Sequence record: OQ921725.1
Reading direction: 5' to 3' (one strand)
DNA length: 64,000 nt
The translations under genes were made by a program, and so were the position numbers. How positions within the stretch are numbered: position 1 is the stretch's first letter; each line of letters begins with the position of its first letter. Below are positions 36,016-46,822 of this stretch, in pieces. The notes beneath the pieces are model-generated. The model saw only the letters and a list, made by a program, of their open reading frames with translations. It was not told the DNA's origin and made no database searches.

Positions 36016-39000
36016 GTGGCATCGAGCTTCGATGCGACAGCTCGCATCAACCTGGACATCCGTGCCTTCGCCCAGGGCGCCCAGGCCGTCACGAAGTCCG
36101 GCGGCCAGATGGAGAAGGTCTTCTCCAACCTGAACACGGTTCTGAGCAAGGTCGCTCTCGTGGAGAGCGGCCTTGCCGCCAAGCTCCGCACCTCGCTCAG
36201 CGTCTACAACTCGATCACCTCGGCGACGAAGAACTACGCCTCCGCCGTTCAGGCCCTCCAGAAGAACGAGGCGAACAGCGCCAACGGTGCGAAGCTGATG
36301 ACGCAGGCGTTCCAGCAGCTCCGCTCGGCGCTCGCCTCGGTTCAGGGCCTGAGCGAGAAGGAGTACGCGCGCCTGTCTCGCACGGTCACCCTGTACGAGA
36401 AGCTGGCGAACGTCATCCGCACCCTGGCGTCGGCACAGAAGAACATGTCGTCGATCACCCAGAACGCGATCCAGGCGGAGCAGAAGGAAGCCCAGGCCAA
36501 GCAGAAGGCGGCCGAGGTCGCCCAGCGGCTCGCACTCGAAGAGCAGAAGCTGGCGATCCAGCGGGAGAAGCTGGCCCAGTCGGCGCAGCGCATCGCCCTC
36601 CAGGAGCAGGCGCTGGCCGCCGCCCGCGCCCGGACCGCCCAGGCGACCCAGAGCGCCCACCAGTCAACGGTCTCCTACTCGGGCTCCACGTTCGCCCTGC
36701 GCAACACCGTGGGCGAGCTGGAGAGTGCCTTCCAGTCGCTGTTCAACGTCCTGTCGAAGGTGCCCACGGCGCTCGCCGGAGCGGCCATCTCCCAGGAGGC
36801 CGCGTTCGCCCAGGTGGCCCGTGTCGTCGGCGAGGCCGAGGCCGCCTCGGTCGGTCTGCTCGCGAGGTTCCAGGAGATCGCCCAGCAGGCGCCGATCTCC
36901 TTCGAGGAAGTCGCCCGTATCGGTCAGCTCGGTGCCGCGATCGGCATCTCGGAACAGAACCTCGGAGACTTCACCGACACCATCGTGAAGTTCTCGCTGA
37001 CCACGGGCGTGGCGGCCGACGAGGCGACACTGCTTCTCGGTCGTATCGCGCAGATGCAGGACGTGCCGATCTCCGAGATCGATCAGCTCGGCTCCGCGAT
37101 CCTCGCCCTCGGTACCGCGTCGGCCGCGACCGATCAGGAGATCCTGCGCGTCAACGCCTCGATCGCCACCGTGTCGAACCTGTTCGGCCTCACTGCCCAG
37201 CAGACGGCCGGTCTCTCCGCAGCCCTGGCCACCCTCCAGGTCCGGCCCGAGCTGTCGCGTGGTGCTCTGACCCGTGTGTTCAACGAGCTGTCCACGGCCG
37301 TCTCCGACGGCGGTACCGAGCTGAGCAAGCTGGCCAAGGTCATGGGTATGACCGACAGCGAGGTCTCGAAGCTCTACAACAACCCGGCCACCCGAGGCGA
37401 CTTCCTGCTGGCCTTCATTCAGGGCCTGAGCCGGGCCGCCGGAGCGGGCGGTGACGTCCAGGGCGTACTGCGTGAACTTGGCGTCAACGCGGTCCGCGAC
37501 ATCGACGTGTTCTCCCGTCTGGCCAACAACGCCGACATCGTCAGCGAGTCCTTCGACCGGGCGAACCAGGAGTTCGCCAAGGGCACCGAGCTGAACCGGC
37601 AATCGAAGGGCATCTACGAGACCACGGCGGCCGAACTCCAGAACCTCTCCGACGCCTTCCAGACGCTGCTCGCCACGCTCGGTGGCCCGCTGGCCACGGC
37701 CATCGGTTCCGTCGCGGGCAGCCTGGCCAACGTCATCGGCTTCCTCGCGCACCTCGGCCCGGTCGTGCCGATCGTCGGTACCCTCGGCGCCCTGGCGGTC
37801 ACGGCCGCAGCCGGGTGGGCCCTCTACCAGGTGGCCCTGTCCAAGACGATCCAGTCCCTGATCGCGGCCCGCGAACTTCAGGAGCGCCTGAAGGTCAGCA
37901 CGCTGAGCGCCCGCGTGGCGCTCGACATCTACCGCAACGGCTTCCAGGGGACGACGGCGGCCCAGGCTGCCGCTGCCAACTCCCAGCGTCAGCTCACGAC
38001 GAGCACCGATGTGCTGACTGCATCGCTGGCCGCCTCATCCAAGGCCATTCAGGGATATGCGCTGACTGCTAGTCAGTCGGCTGGTGGCCTGAATGCCCTG
38101 GGCCTGGCCAGCGCCAATGCGGCACGCGGGCAGGATGCGTTGTTCGCCTCGACGCTGCTGACGCAGAACTCGATGAAACAGCTCACCGCACAGTCGACGG
38201 CCTCGGCTCTGGCCATGGCCTCGGTTTCGAACGTGAACAAGAACCTCGCCTTGACGCAGACCCAGATGGCGAACTCTTCCAGGGTGTTTGCCGGTCAGAC
38301 GGCCATTGCGGCAACAGCCGTGAATGGTCTGAACACGGCCTCCTTGCGGACGGTCCCCGCCACCAACCAGATGTCGAACTCCATTCGCAGCGCGGCGACG
38401 GCCGGTGCCCAGATGGGTGCTGGCATGAACGTGGCGGCCATCTCCAGCACTACGGCGGCGGGCGCCTTCACCCGGGCGACCACCGGCATCACGGCATCCG
38501 GCCTGGCGGCCCGAGCGGCGGCGTTCGCCTTCGGCCCCTGGGGTATCGCCATCGCCACGGCGGGCATCCTGCTGGGACCGCTCATCGGCAAGATGTTCGA
38601 CTTCCGCTCGGAGTCCGAGAAGATCGCCGACGCGGCGTTCGAGGCGAGCGGCGGCACGCAGGCTCTGGCCAACGCGATCAAGGCCGACACCGATGCGGCG
38701 GTGCTCGCGGCCGGTGGCGTCAGGCAGTACAACGCGGCCATCAAGGACGGCTCGAAGAGCGCCCTGGACGCCATCGGTGTCTACCGCACGGTCACCACCA
38801 CGAAGGGCGACCTGGCGGATGCCGACGTGCGCTCGGCCGAGGCGGCGCGTACCGAAGCCAAGGAGCGGCTGCGGGCGATCGAGGCCACCAAGGGATCGAA
38901 GGAGGCCCTGGAGGAGCAGGCCAAGGGGCACGGCACCGGAGCCCAGGCGGCGCAGCGCTACCTTCGCGAGATCGCGAAGGAAGAGGGCGTCATCAACAAG

Positions 39001-41235
39001 ACGACCGAGGCGCTGGGCGAGAACACGGCGGCCATCGGCGAGAACACCAAGCAGTGGCTGCTCGACACCGCGCAGGCAGCGGTGGAGACCTCGAAGCTGG
39101 CCGACGGAAGCGACCTGAGCCGTCGTTCCCTCGAACAGCTCGGCGAGGCGGGTGTCAACGTCGGCGACCTGCTGGAGACCTCCCTCTCTGATCCCGACAA
39201 GGCGCTCAAACAGCTCGACGCGGCGATCAAGGAGGTTGGCAAGACGGCCGACAACTACGCGCCGTCGGGATCCGGCAAGCTCGGTGAGCAGATCAACAAT
39301 GAGGCGGCTGCGGCCATCCGCCTGAAGAGCTTCCTGGAGGCCCTGCGTACGACGATCTCCGCCGAGGACAGCGCCTCGACGAAGCTCTCGATCACGAAGG
39401 GTCTGCTGGCTGACGCGCTCGACGAGACGGGCACCTCGGCCAGCTCGGCGAGCGGCAAGATCAAGCTGACGAAGTCGGCCCTGGAAGACCTGGACACCAC
39501 GGGTGAAGAGGCGCAGCAGGCGATCGATCAGCTCGCGACCTCGTTCGAGAAGTTCGGCACTCCGCTCGATGCCTTCAAGTCGGCGGCCGAGTCGGCATTC
39601 GGCAAGGCCGAGGACGCGATCGATAAGTTCTCGCTGAAGACCAAGGGTGGTCTGGACGCCTATATCAAGGAACTGGAGAAGATCGCCAAGGCGCAGCGCG
39701 ACTGGTCTGCGAACCTGATCAAGATCTCCGCGACCCTCGGCCCGGAGGTCGCCGAACAGTTCCGCAAGATGGGGCCCGAAGCGGCGCCCGCCGTTGCCGA
39801 GCTGGCCAACCTCTCGGCGAAGGAGCTGGAGAAGCTAGGCCCGCGTCTGGCCGAGATCGGCGGCGACGCCACCAGCAACCTTGCGGCGGCCATCATTCAG
39901 AACTCCGGGAAGATCGAGAACGCCACTCTCCAAACCCGCACGATCATCGCCGATGTCTTCGGCAACCTGATCGACAAGGCGAAGACCAGCGAGGACTTCG
40001 CCGACGTGTCGAACCAGTACGCCGACCTGGTGGCCAAGCTCGGCAAGCTCAAGGGTGTGAAGATCGACATCTCGGCCGACGACGCCAAGGCGTTCAAGTC
40101 GCTCAACGACCTGAGTCTGTACATCGACCTGGTGGCCAAGAAGAAGATCAAGCCCGAAGTCGCCATCGACATCATCAAGGCCCAGGGCGACATCACCAAG
40201 CTCCAGGAGCTGCTGAAGAACACGAACCTGAACAAGGAGGGCAAGGCCACCCTCAACACCCTTCTCTTCCAGGCGCAGATCACTCAGCTCACCACGTTCG
40301 TGGACGGCCTGGAGGCGGAGGGCAAGCTCGACGCCAAGGGCAAGGGCAAGCTGAGCGACGAGGAGTACCGGGCGAAGGTGCTCGCGCTGACCGAGTTCCT
40401 GGCGTCCTCGGAAGGCCAGGGCCTGCTCAACCCGAAGGGCAAGGCTCAGCTCGACGACAAGGCGTACCGGGCCCAGATGACGGCTCTCGCCCAGCTCATC
40501 CTGGGCAAGGAGGCAGCCGGTGAGTTCGACGTCAACGGCGACGGCAAGCTCGACGACGACGAATTCAAGGCCCTTCTGGAAGCCCTGAAGCGGGCGGTCG
40601 CCGACGCGAACAAGGGCAAGCTGAACCCGAAGGGCACCGTCACGCTGGCCGGTGTCAGCACCTTCAACCGGCAGCTCGGCGGAATCGTCCAGGCCGCATA
40701 CACGGCCGGTGGCCGCATCACCAACGCCCTGACCAGGTCGGCCACCGTTTCGGTGGGCTACTACTACTACCAGAAGAACTCCCCGCCGAAGAGCTACGCG
40801 GCGGCCAACGGCGGTTGGATCAACGGACCCGGTGGCCCGAAGTCCGACGTGATTCCGGCGATGCTCTCGAACGGCGAGTTCGTCGTGAACGCGGCTTCGG
40901 CCAAGCGCTTCGGTGCCTTGCTGGAGATCATCAACCGGTCGGGCGGCCGGGGCTTCGGCGGTGTCGCCAAGCGTCTGCTGGACTCCGGGGTGACGGGCGG
41001 CTCGAAGCAGGTACGGGCCCGGCAGGGCGGCGCCGGGACGACGATGCTCGGCGGCAGTAGCGCGGTGCAGCAGGTGCCGCCGGAGAGCGTGTCGGTGTTC
41101 ACTGCCCGGCTGGCGATGCCGAACACGGGGCCGACGAACGTCTTCAACATCAACAACCAGTACCCGCAGGCGGAGCCCACGTCGACTACGATCAACAGGT
41201 CGCTGGCCTACGCAGCGACGATCAGCGGGGTGTGA
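36016..41235 (+). CDS. Tape measure protein (1739 aa)
   Basis: Ala-rich helical sequence; AFAQVARV, GQLGAAIGI; C-terminal ANGGWINGPGGPKSDVIPAMLSNGEFVV. Confidence 0.95.
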   Translation: MASSFDATARINLDIRAFAQGAQAVTKSGGQMEKVFSNLNTVLSKVALVESGLAAKLRTSLSVYNSITSATKNYASAVQALQKNEANSANGAKLMTQAFQQLRSALASVQGLSEKEYARLSRTVTLYEKLANVIRTLASAQKNMSSITQNAIQAEQKEAQAKQKAAEVAQRLALEEQKLAIQREKLAQSAQRIALQEQALAAARARTAQATQSAHQSTVSYSGSTFALRNTVGELESAFQSLFNVLSKVPTALAGAAISQEAAFAQVARVVGEAEAASVGLLARFQEIAQQAPISFEEVARIGQLGAAIGISEQNLGDFTDTIVKFSLTTGVAADEATLLLGRIAQMQDVPISEIDQLGSAILALGTASAATDQEILRVNASIATVSNLFGLTAQQTAGLSAALATLQVRPELSRGALTRVFNELSTAVSDGGTELSKLAKVMGMTDSEVSKLYNNPATRGDFLLAFIQGLSRAAGAGGDVQGVLRELGVNAVRDIDVFSRLANNADIVSESFDRANQEFAKGTELNRQSKGIYETTAAELQNLSDAFQTLLATLGGPLATAIGSVAGSLANVIGFLAHLGPVVPIVGTLGALAVTAAAGWALYQVALSKTIQSLIAARELQERLKVSTLSARVALDIYRNGFQGTTAAQAAAANSQRQLTTSTDVLTASLAASSKAIQGYALTASQSAGGLNALGLASANAARGQDALFASTLLTQNSMKQLTAQSTASALAMASVSNVNKNLALTQTQMANSSRVFAGQTAIAATAVNGLNTASLRTVPATNQMSNSIRSAATAGAQMGAGMNVAAISSTTAAGAFTRATTGITASGLAARAAAFAFGPWGIAIATAGILLGPLIGKMFDFRSESEKIADAAFEASGGTQALANAIKADTDAAVLAAGGVRQYNAAIKDGSKSALDAIGVYRTVTTTKGDLADADVRSAEAARTEAKERLRAIEATKGSKEALEEQAKGHGTGAQAAQRYLREIAKEEGVINKTTEALGENTAAIGENTKQWLLDTAQAAVETSKLADGSDLSRRSLEQLGEAGVNVGDLLETSLSDPDKALKQLDAAIKEVGKTADNYAPSGSGKLGEQINNEAAAAIRLKSFLEALRTTISAEDSASTKLSITKGLLADALDETGTSASSASGKIKLTKSALEDLDTTGEEAQQAIDQLATSFEKFGTPLDAFKSAAESAFGKAEDAIDKFSLKTKGGLDAYIKELEKIAKAQRDWSANLIKISATLGPEVAEQFRKMGPEAAPAVAELANLSAKELEKLGPRLAEIGGDATSNLAAAIIQNSGKIENATLQTRTIIADVFGNLIDKAKTSEDFADVSNQYADLVAKLGKLKGVKIDISADDAKAFKSLNDLSLYIDLVAKKKIKPEVAIDIIKAQGDITKLQELLKNTNLNKEGKATLNTLLFQAQITQLTTFVDGLEAEGKLDAKGKGKLSDEEYRAKVLALTEFLASSEGQGLLNPKGKAQLDDKAYRAQMTALAQLILGKEAAGEFDVNGDGKLDDDEFKALLEALKRAVADANKGKLNPKGTVTLAGVSTFNRQLGGIVQAAYTAGGRITNALTRSATVSVGYYYYQKNSPPKSYAAANGGWINGPGGPKSDVIPAMLSNGEFVVNAASAKRFGALLEIINRSGGRGFGGVAKRLLDSGVTGGSKQVRARQGGAGTTMLGGSSAVQQVPPESVSVFTARLAMPNTGPTNVFNINNQYPQAEPTSTTINRSLAYAATISGV

Positions 41236-41238
41236 GCG

Positions 41239-42081
41239 GTGGCGACGGCATACAAGATCAACGGATACACCATCGGCGGCAAGGCCATCACTTCCGGCAT
41301 GTACCTCCTGGAGGGCACCGAGTACGCCCCCGCCCTGGCGCCGCGACGTGCCGTCATCGAGGTGCCGAACACGCACTACGCGATTCCCCAGTGGGACGAT
41401 CCGCTGTCGCAGATCACCGTCTCCCTGAAGATCCGCATCGTTGACCTCACGCCCGAGGCTCTGGCCTCGCGCTGGAACACCCTGATGGGCCTGCTCGGGA
41501 TGGGCACGAACCAGCCCATCACCCTTACCCGGGTCCGGGGGACGATCGAGGAGACAGCCGACGCCCAGCTCGTCTCGATGAACACCCCGGACTTCTCCTG
41601 CCCGAGCGACCGGGCCGACGCGACGATCATCTTCAACGTCCCGGGCGGAGCCTGGCGCGGCGCCGAGACCACGGTTACGTTCTTCAACAGCTCCTCGAAC
41701 ACCCTGGCCAACGCACTCGCCTCGACGGTGCCGATCGCAGACGCCCTCCTGCTGCTGAAGGGCCCGGCCACATCTCTCACGGTTACCGACAACACCTCGA
41801 CTACCACGGTCTTCTGGGGCGACGGCTCCTCGTCGGTCAGCTCGGCGCAGTGGCTGCTGATCGACCCCCGCTACATGCGGGCCCGCCTTCAGTCCTCGGA
41901 AGTCTGGACTTTCACCACGGGAACGAACGTCACGGGCGCTCTGGAATTCCGTGGAAACGGGCCCTTGACTTTCACGTCGCGCGGCTCCGGTTCTTTCGGG
42001 AACAGGACCGGTACATTCACCGTTACAACTGCTGGCGGAAACAACGGAGTGCAGGTGCGATCCAGGTACGCGGTGGTGTGA
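41239..42081 (+). CDS. Distal tail protein (Dit-like)
   Basis: First gene after the tape measure gene; beta-rich. Confidence 0.7.
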   Translation: MATAYKINGYTIGGKAITSGMYLLEGTEYAPALAPRRAVIEVPNTHYAIPQWDDPLSQITVSLKIRIVDLTPEALASRWNTLMGLLGMGTNQPITLTRVRGTIEETADAQLVSMNTPDFSCPSDRADATIIFNVPGGAWRGAETTVTFFNSSSNTLANALASTVPIADALLLLKGPATSLTVTDNTSTTTVFWGDGSSSVSSAQWLLIDPRYMRARLQSSEVWTFTTGTNVTGALEFRGNGPLTFTSRGSGSFGNRTGTFTVTTAGGNNGVQVRSRYAVV

Positions 42082-42084
42082 CAT

Positions 42085-45000
42085 ATGGCGCTGGTGAATA
42101 CGCTGGTCGTTCGCTTCCGGGCGTACGCCGCGAACGGTGCGGCGATCGGCATCCTTCCGCATCCGCTTTCCTGGGAAGCGGGCATCCCGCTCAACGACAT
42201 GCCTTCGTTGACGATGACCTACCCGGACGGCTCGGACGCGGCGAACCTACTGAAGTCGCCCTGTGAAGTAGCGCTTGAGCTGCGCGATCCCAGCACCGGA
42301 ACATTCACCGAGCACCCCGGGTGCCGGTTCATGAACGTCCGCCGGTCCTTCGATCTGGCGGCCCGGCCGCGCATCCTCTCCTTCACGATGCCGTCGTACG
42401 GATGGCAGCTCAAGAAGGTCCGCTGGATGGACCCGGACAACCCGCGCCTGAACAAGGACGGGCAGATCGCCTACAAGACGGCCGTCTCCCCGGCGCTTCC
42501 CGTCAAGGACATCATCGACTTCGCCAGGAACCGTGGAAACATCCCTGGTCTGACGTACGACTTCACGGGAAGCGTCGACTCCGCAGGCACCGCCTGGGGT
42601 GTCACGATGAAGGGCAACTTCGACTACGGCCAGGACGCCTGGTCGATGATCGACGCCCTTTCCCGGCAGGGCTTTTTCGACTGGCGGATGAACAAGCGCG
42701 TCCTCCAGATGTACAAGGCCGACACGACGCTGCGCCGCCAGCTCGACACCGACACGGGCGTGCACGTCCACAGCATGGTCGGCACCACCGAGGAGCCGGT
42801 CGAGCGAACCTGGGAAGACCTCGCCGGATTCATCGTGGCCGTCGGTGACCAGCAGCTCATCTCCGGCATGGTCGAAGCGCCGGACTCCGTCGAGTACCCC
42901 TGGGGCAAGTGGGACGAATCGATCTCCGCCTCGGGCGTCACCGACGTTCAGACTCTCGCTCAGATCACCGACAACCTGCTGCTCACGAAGTACAAGAGCC
43001 GTACTCAGTACACGAAGAAGTTCGTCTGGACCGAGGGCGCCCCGGTGCCTCTTGTGGACTACCGGCCGGGCGACTTCATCCGGGCCATGAGCGACGCGAC
43101 CTCTGGGGCCCAGAAGGCGTCGATGCGCGTCTACCAGATCACCCTCTCCGGGACGGATCCGTACGGCGTCGGTGTGGCGCTCACCCTCAATGACCGGTTC
43201 ACCGACCGCGCCCTCCAGACGGAGCGCTGGGTTTCCCGCGTGTCGGGCGCAGGCGGTCCCACGGGTGGCGGAGGGACGGGCGCTGGCACGAAGCCGCAGA
43301 AGCCCGCCCCGATCGACTCCACGCCCCCCAAGGCGCCGATTCTGAACTCGGTGACCAACGAGCCGTACTTCTCCTCCCTGGGCGACCCGGTCTCGATGGC
43401 CGACGTGGCGTTCCAGGTGGCCACCAAGGACGTCGAGAACCGCACGATCGACATCCTGCGGTACAACGTGGCCGCGCGCCGGTCGGACTTCAACTGGCAG
43501 CAGGCGTTCACCGTCCAGGTGACGCAGCCCGATTCGCCGTCCACCGGTCAGGTCATTCACGCCAAGGTGCCCCTGCTGGACTCGGGCTACAGCTACGAGT
43601 TCCGGGTGCAGGCGATCCGCGACTCCGGCTACGCCTCGGACTGGTCGAACGCCATCACGCAGACGATGGGCTACCCGACCACGGCCCCCGAGATCCCGTC
43701 GGCGCCGATCCTGTCGACAAAGCTCAGCACGGTGAAGGCCGAGTGGGACGGCAAGGACAAGAACGGCGCCGCCTACCCGGCCGAGTTCCGTGAGGTACAG
43801 GTCGAAGCCTCGACGAACAACTCGACCTGGTTCCACGTCGGGGACATCTTCTCCGGCGGCGCCGGACTCATCATGAGCGGCAAGGGCGGCCTGCCGACCT
43901 GGAACGTCGGCAACACCGTCTACGTGCGCTTCAAGGCGATGAACAGCGCCTCGGTCATCTCGGCCGTCTCCGCCGTCAGCTCGATCGTTGTACTCGGCGT
44001 CAGCGGCCCGGACATCGCGGCGAACACGATCACGGCGAACAACATCGCCACCGGCACTCTGACGGCCGAGCAGATCAAGGCACACAGCCTGACCGTCGAG
44101 AACCTGGCCGTCGGCAACCCGGCCAACCTGGTCGTCGACCCCACGTTCTCCTCCGCACCGCTGAACACCGCACGCCTGGCGCAGGCAACGGGATCCTCCG
44201 GCAGCGGTGTCGCCTGGACCATCACGGCGGCCGGTGCCGTCAGGATCGACAACAACTCGGGCGCGAACAACTTCAACCGGTTCGGCTTCACCAACAACAC
44301 GCTGGTGAACTACCCGCTCCAGACGTTCCCGGGTCCGAGCCTGAGCAGCAACGAGCTGGCGATCCCCTTCACGCGGCCCGGCAACACAGACGGCGTTTCG
44401 ACGGGAAGCATCAAGTGCCGGTTCGTCGTCACCGCGACCGGCATCCCGGCCAGCCCGGGGGCCGCGACGATCAACGTGGCCATGCTGTCGCGCCAGTTCC
44501 AGAGCAGTGGTGCGCCCATCTCCACCTCCGGCACCATCCGGCCGGACTTCACCATCTCGGCGAACGGCACGTACACCGTCGAGTCGACGACCGGGTGGAA
44601 CCCGGCGGCCGGGACCGTCAGCTACATCCCTTACCTGTACGTGAAGTTCGAGAACACGGTGGATCCGGCCGTGGCGCTGGAGTTCACGCAGATCGAGATC
44701 TGGCAGGAGCAGTCGGTCTTCATCGGCAACGGCCTGATCAAGACTCCCCTGCTCGCGGCCAACGCGGTGACCACCGACGTCCTGAACGCCGACGCCATCA
44801 CGGCGAAGCACTCGATCAAGTCGGCGTACTACGAGATGACCAGTCAGTCCGGTGGTGCCACCATCAAGATCACCGAGAACGCGAACTTCAACGGTCAGTC
44901 CGGCATCCGGTGGGACGGCCTGACGAACTACGGACCTCGCATCTTCCAGGCCGATGCCTCCGGTACGGGCGGCTGGGACCCGCGAGGCTTCGTTATCACG

Positions 45001-45405
45001 GGTCCGGAGCAGACGGTGAACTCCTCCGGTCGCGTCGACATGCAGTTCGCGTACGGAGTCGGCAACTCGAAGATCTCTCGTCAGTACGGTTCGGAGACGA
45101 TCTCCGTCCAGGGCATCTACTGGGATTCCTCGGTTGCCCGTTTCCGCATCGGCGGCATGTTCAATACCGGCCACTTCCAGAACGATATGTTCCGCATGGA
45201 CCGCGTGGGCTTCCAGAACGGTACGTACTCGTACGGATCGGTGACTACCCGCCGGTACTACCCGATCCTCTGCCCCAACGGCGGCTCGACTCCCACAACC
45301 AGTTCGATCTACCAGTTCCCCAGCGGAACCGAGGGTGGATTCCAGTACGTTTCCAGCTCGGGAGTGAGCGAAGTATTCTTCATCGCCATGTGTGGAACCC
45401 CGTGA
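42085..45405 (+). CDS. Large tail-tip protein (hub plus FnIII-like repeats plus putative receptor-binding region)
   Basis: 1106 aa; PPKAP...YEFRVQAIRDSGYASDWS and YVRFKAMNSA FnIII patterns; GNLVVDPTF-like segment. Confidence 0.75.
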   Translation: MALVNTLVVRFRAYAANGAAIGILPHPLSWEAGIPLNDMPSLTMTYPDGSDAANLLKSPCEVALELRDPSTGTFTEHPGCRFMNVRRSFDLAARPRILSFTMPSYGWQLKKVRWMDPDNPRLNKDGQIAYKTAVSPALPVKDIIDFARNRGNIPGLTYDFTGSVDSAGTAWGVTMKGNFDYGQDAWSMIDALSRQGFFDWRMNKRVLQMYKADTTLRRQLDTDTGVHVHSMVGTTEEPVERTWEDLAGFIVAVGDQQLISGMVEAPDSVEYPWGKWDESISASGVTDVQTLAQITDNLLLTKYKSRTQYTKKFVWTEGAPVPLVDYRPGDFIRAMSDATSGAQKASMRVYQITLSGTDPYGVGVALTLNDRFTDRALQTERWVSRVSGAGGPTGGGGTGAGTKPQKPAPIDSTPPKAPILNSVTNEPYFSSLGDPVSMADVAFQVATKDVENRTIDILRYNVAARRSDFNWQQAFTVQVTQPDSPSTGQVIHAKVPLLDSGYSYEFRVQAIRDSGYASDWSNAITQTMGYPTTAPEIPSAPILSTKLSTVKAEWDGKDKNGAAYPAEFREVQVEASTNNSTWFHVGDIFSGGAGLIMSGKGGLPTWNVGNTVYVRFKAMNSASVISAVSAVSSIVVLGVSGPDIAANTITANNIATGTLTAEQIKAHSLTVENLAVGNPANLVVDPTFSSAPLNTARLAQATGSSGSGVAWTITAAGAVRIDNNSGANNFNRFGFTNNTLVNYPLQTFPGPSLSSNELAIPFTRPGNTDGVSTGSIKCRFVVTATGIPASPGAATINVAMLSRQFQSSGAPISTSGTIRPDFTISANGTYTVESTTGWNPAAGTVSYIPYLYVKFENTVDPAVALEFTQIEIWQEQSVFIGNGLIKTPLLAANAVTTDVLNADAITAKHSIKSAYYEMTSQSGGATIKITENANFNGQSGIRWDGLTNYGPRIFQADASGTGGWDPRGFVITGPEQTVNSSGRVDMQFAYGVGNSKISRQYGSETISVQGIYWDSSVARFRIGGMFNTGHFQNDMFRMDRVGFQNGTYSYGSVTTRRYYPILCPNGGSTPTTSSIYQFPSGTEGGFQYVSSSGVSEVFFIAMCGTP

Positions 45406-45411
45406 GGAACG

Positions 45412-46182
45412 ATGGCTGAAATCGACGTGATCCGGCACGTAATCCGACCGCACCAGCCCGCCAAGGGTGAGGAGTACGACCCGACGCAGGACATGCTCAT
45501 CGTCGTACACCGGAACCCCAACAACCCGGACGATCCGGTCGAGTTCGGCCATCACATCCGGATGAGCGTGGTCGCCTACCGCAAGGAGATGTGGGGGCTG
45601 GGGGACTATGCCAGCACCATCGACATGGAGCTGAAGGATCTGGAGCGGTACTACGCCCGGGAGTCGGACGACGAGGACTACGGCGTCCACCCGCTGGCGA
45701 CCATCACGGAGCACTACTTCGACGTACCGCCGGTCCGCATGAAGTCCTTCGGTCCGGACTACGTCATGGACCGGGTCGAATCGCAGCTCACTGCCCTGCC
45801 GGGGACCACGGACGGTGCGGTGAAGATGTGCCTGGACACGGTGTTGTCAGGGATTGAGGACGTAAAGGGATGCCTGGCGTCGGACCAGCAGCAGACCTTC
45901 CCCTGCCGGGGGATGACTGGGCTGTCCACGGATACAGTCGGCGCCCGGGGCGACACGATGACACGCATGGAGGAGCAGACCCAGCGCCTGACGCTGGTTC
46001 CCTCGGCTCCCCTCGACGAGGTGCGCCAGCTCCTGACCGACCGGGAGGGTGAGCTGGAGACCGCCCGGACCGGGTTTGTGGACCACGCCCTGATGACCAG
46101 CAACGTGCCGGAGATCATGCGCAAGCGGGTGGTGGCCGCCGCCGTCAGGCGCGGCATTCTGGAGGAGAACACGTGGATGTAG
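45412..46182 (+). CDS. Hypothetical protein (tail-associated?)
   Basis: 256-aa ORF at the end of the tail operon. Confidence 0.6.
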   Translation: MAEIDVIRHVIRPHQPAKGEEYDPTQDMLIVVHRNPNNPDDPVEFGHHIRMSVVAYRKEMWGLGDYASTIDMELKDLERYYARESDDEDYGVHPLATITEHYFDVPPVRMKSFGPDYVMDRVESQLTALPGTTDGAVKMCLDTVLSGIEDVKGCLASDQQQTFPCRGMTGLSTDTVGARGDTMTRMEEQTQRLTLVPSAPLDEVRQLLTDREGELETARTGFVDHALMTSNVPEIMRKRVVAAAVRRGILEENTWM

Positions 46183-46187
46183 GAACG

Positions 46188-46352
46188 GTGTCCTCGGAGG
46201 ACGTGCTGAGTTCGTACGAACGCCAGCTCACCGAGGCTCACAGAAAGATCGCCATGCTGGAGGCCGCACTGGAGCGCGAGCGCCGGGCCGCCTCGCAGGC
46301 CCGTATCGTCAGTCAGCAGTCCGATCAGGCCGATCCGCAGGAGATGCCGTGA
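46188..46352 (+). CDS. Small coiled-coil protein
   Basis: YERQLTEAHRKIAMLEAAL; GTGA coupling. Confidence 0.5.
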   Translation: MSSEDVLSSYERQLTEAHRKIAMLEAALERERRAASQARIVSQQSDQADPQEMP

Positions 46353-46822
46353 CCGACCTCCAGATCCCGCCGGACGGTGTGATCGCGAAGCTCCCCTTCG
46401 AGATCCCCCAGCCGGGCGACTTCCCCACCATCGGCGGGGTGCGCGTCTACTTCACCTTCGGACAGGACAACCCCAGCCCGTTCCAGCCCAGGCTCCTGCT
46501 GGACGGCGTGAACTACACGCTCACCGAGAGCGCCACCGGGCCGATGAGTCGGACCTTCATCGCGCAGCTCCCCGCGCCGATGGATGCCCCGCAGCAGGCC
46601 GAGGTCTGGGTGAACGAGGGGATCTCGCTGGAGCCCGGCTGCATCATCACCGCGTACGCCTGGGGTGCTCAGACCGAGTCCGGCACGGGTGCTCTGAACC
46701 CGGACGAGGGCGGGGAGCCCAGCACGATGACCGAGACCATCGAGCTGGGCACTGTCACGGTGCTGACGTGGCCTGAGTGGAACCGCCTCACGGGCGCGAA
46801 CGAGGGACTGGAGGGCTCGTAG
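46349..46822 (+). CDS. Hypothetical beta-rich protein
   Basis: Last rightward gene of the tail operon. Confidence 0.55.
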   Translation: MTDLQIPPDGVIAKLPFEIPQPGDFPTIGGVRVYFTFGQDNPSPFQPRLLLDGVNYTLTESATGPMSRTFIAQLPAPMDAPQQAEVWVNEGISLEPGCIITAYAWGAQTESGTGALNPDEGGEPSTMTETIELGTVTVLTWPEWNRLTGANEGLEGS

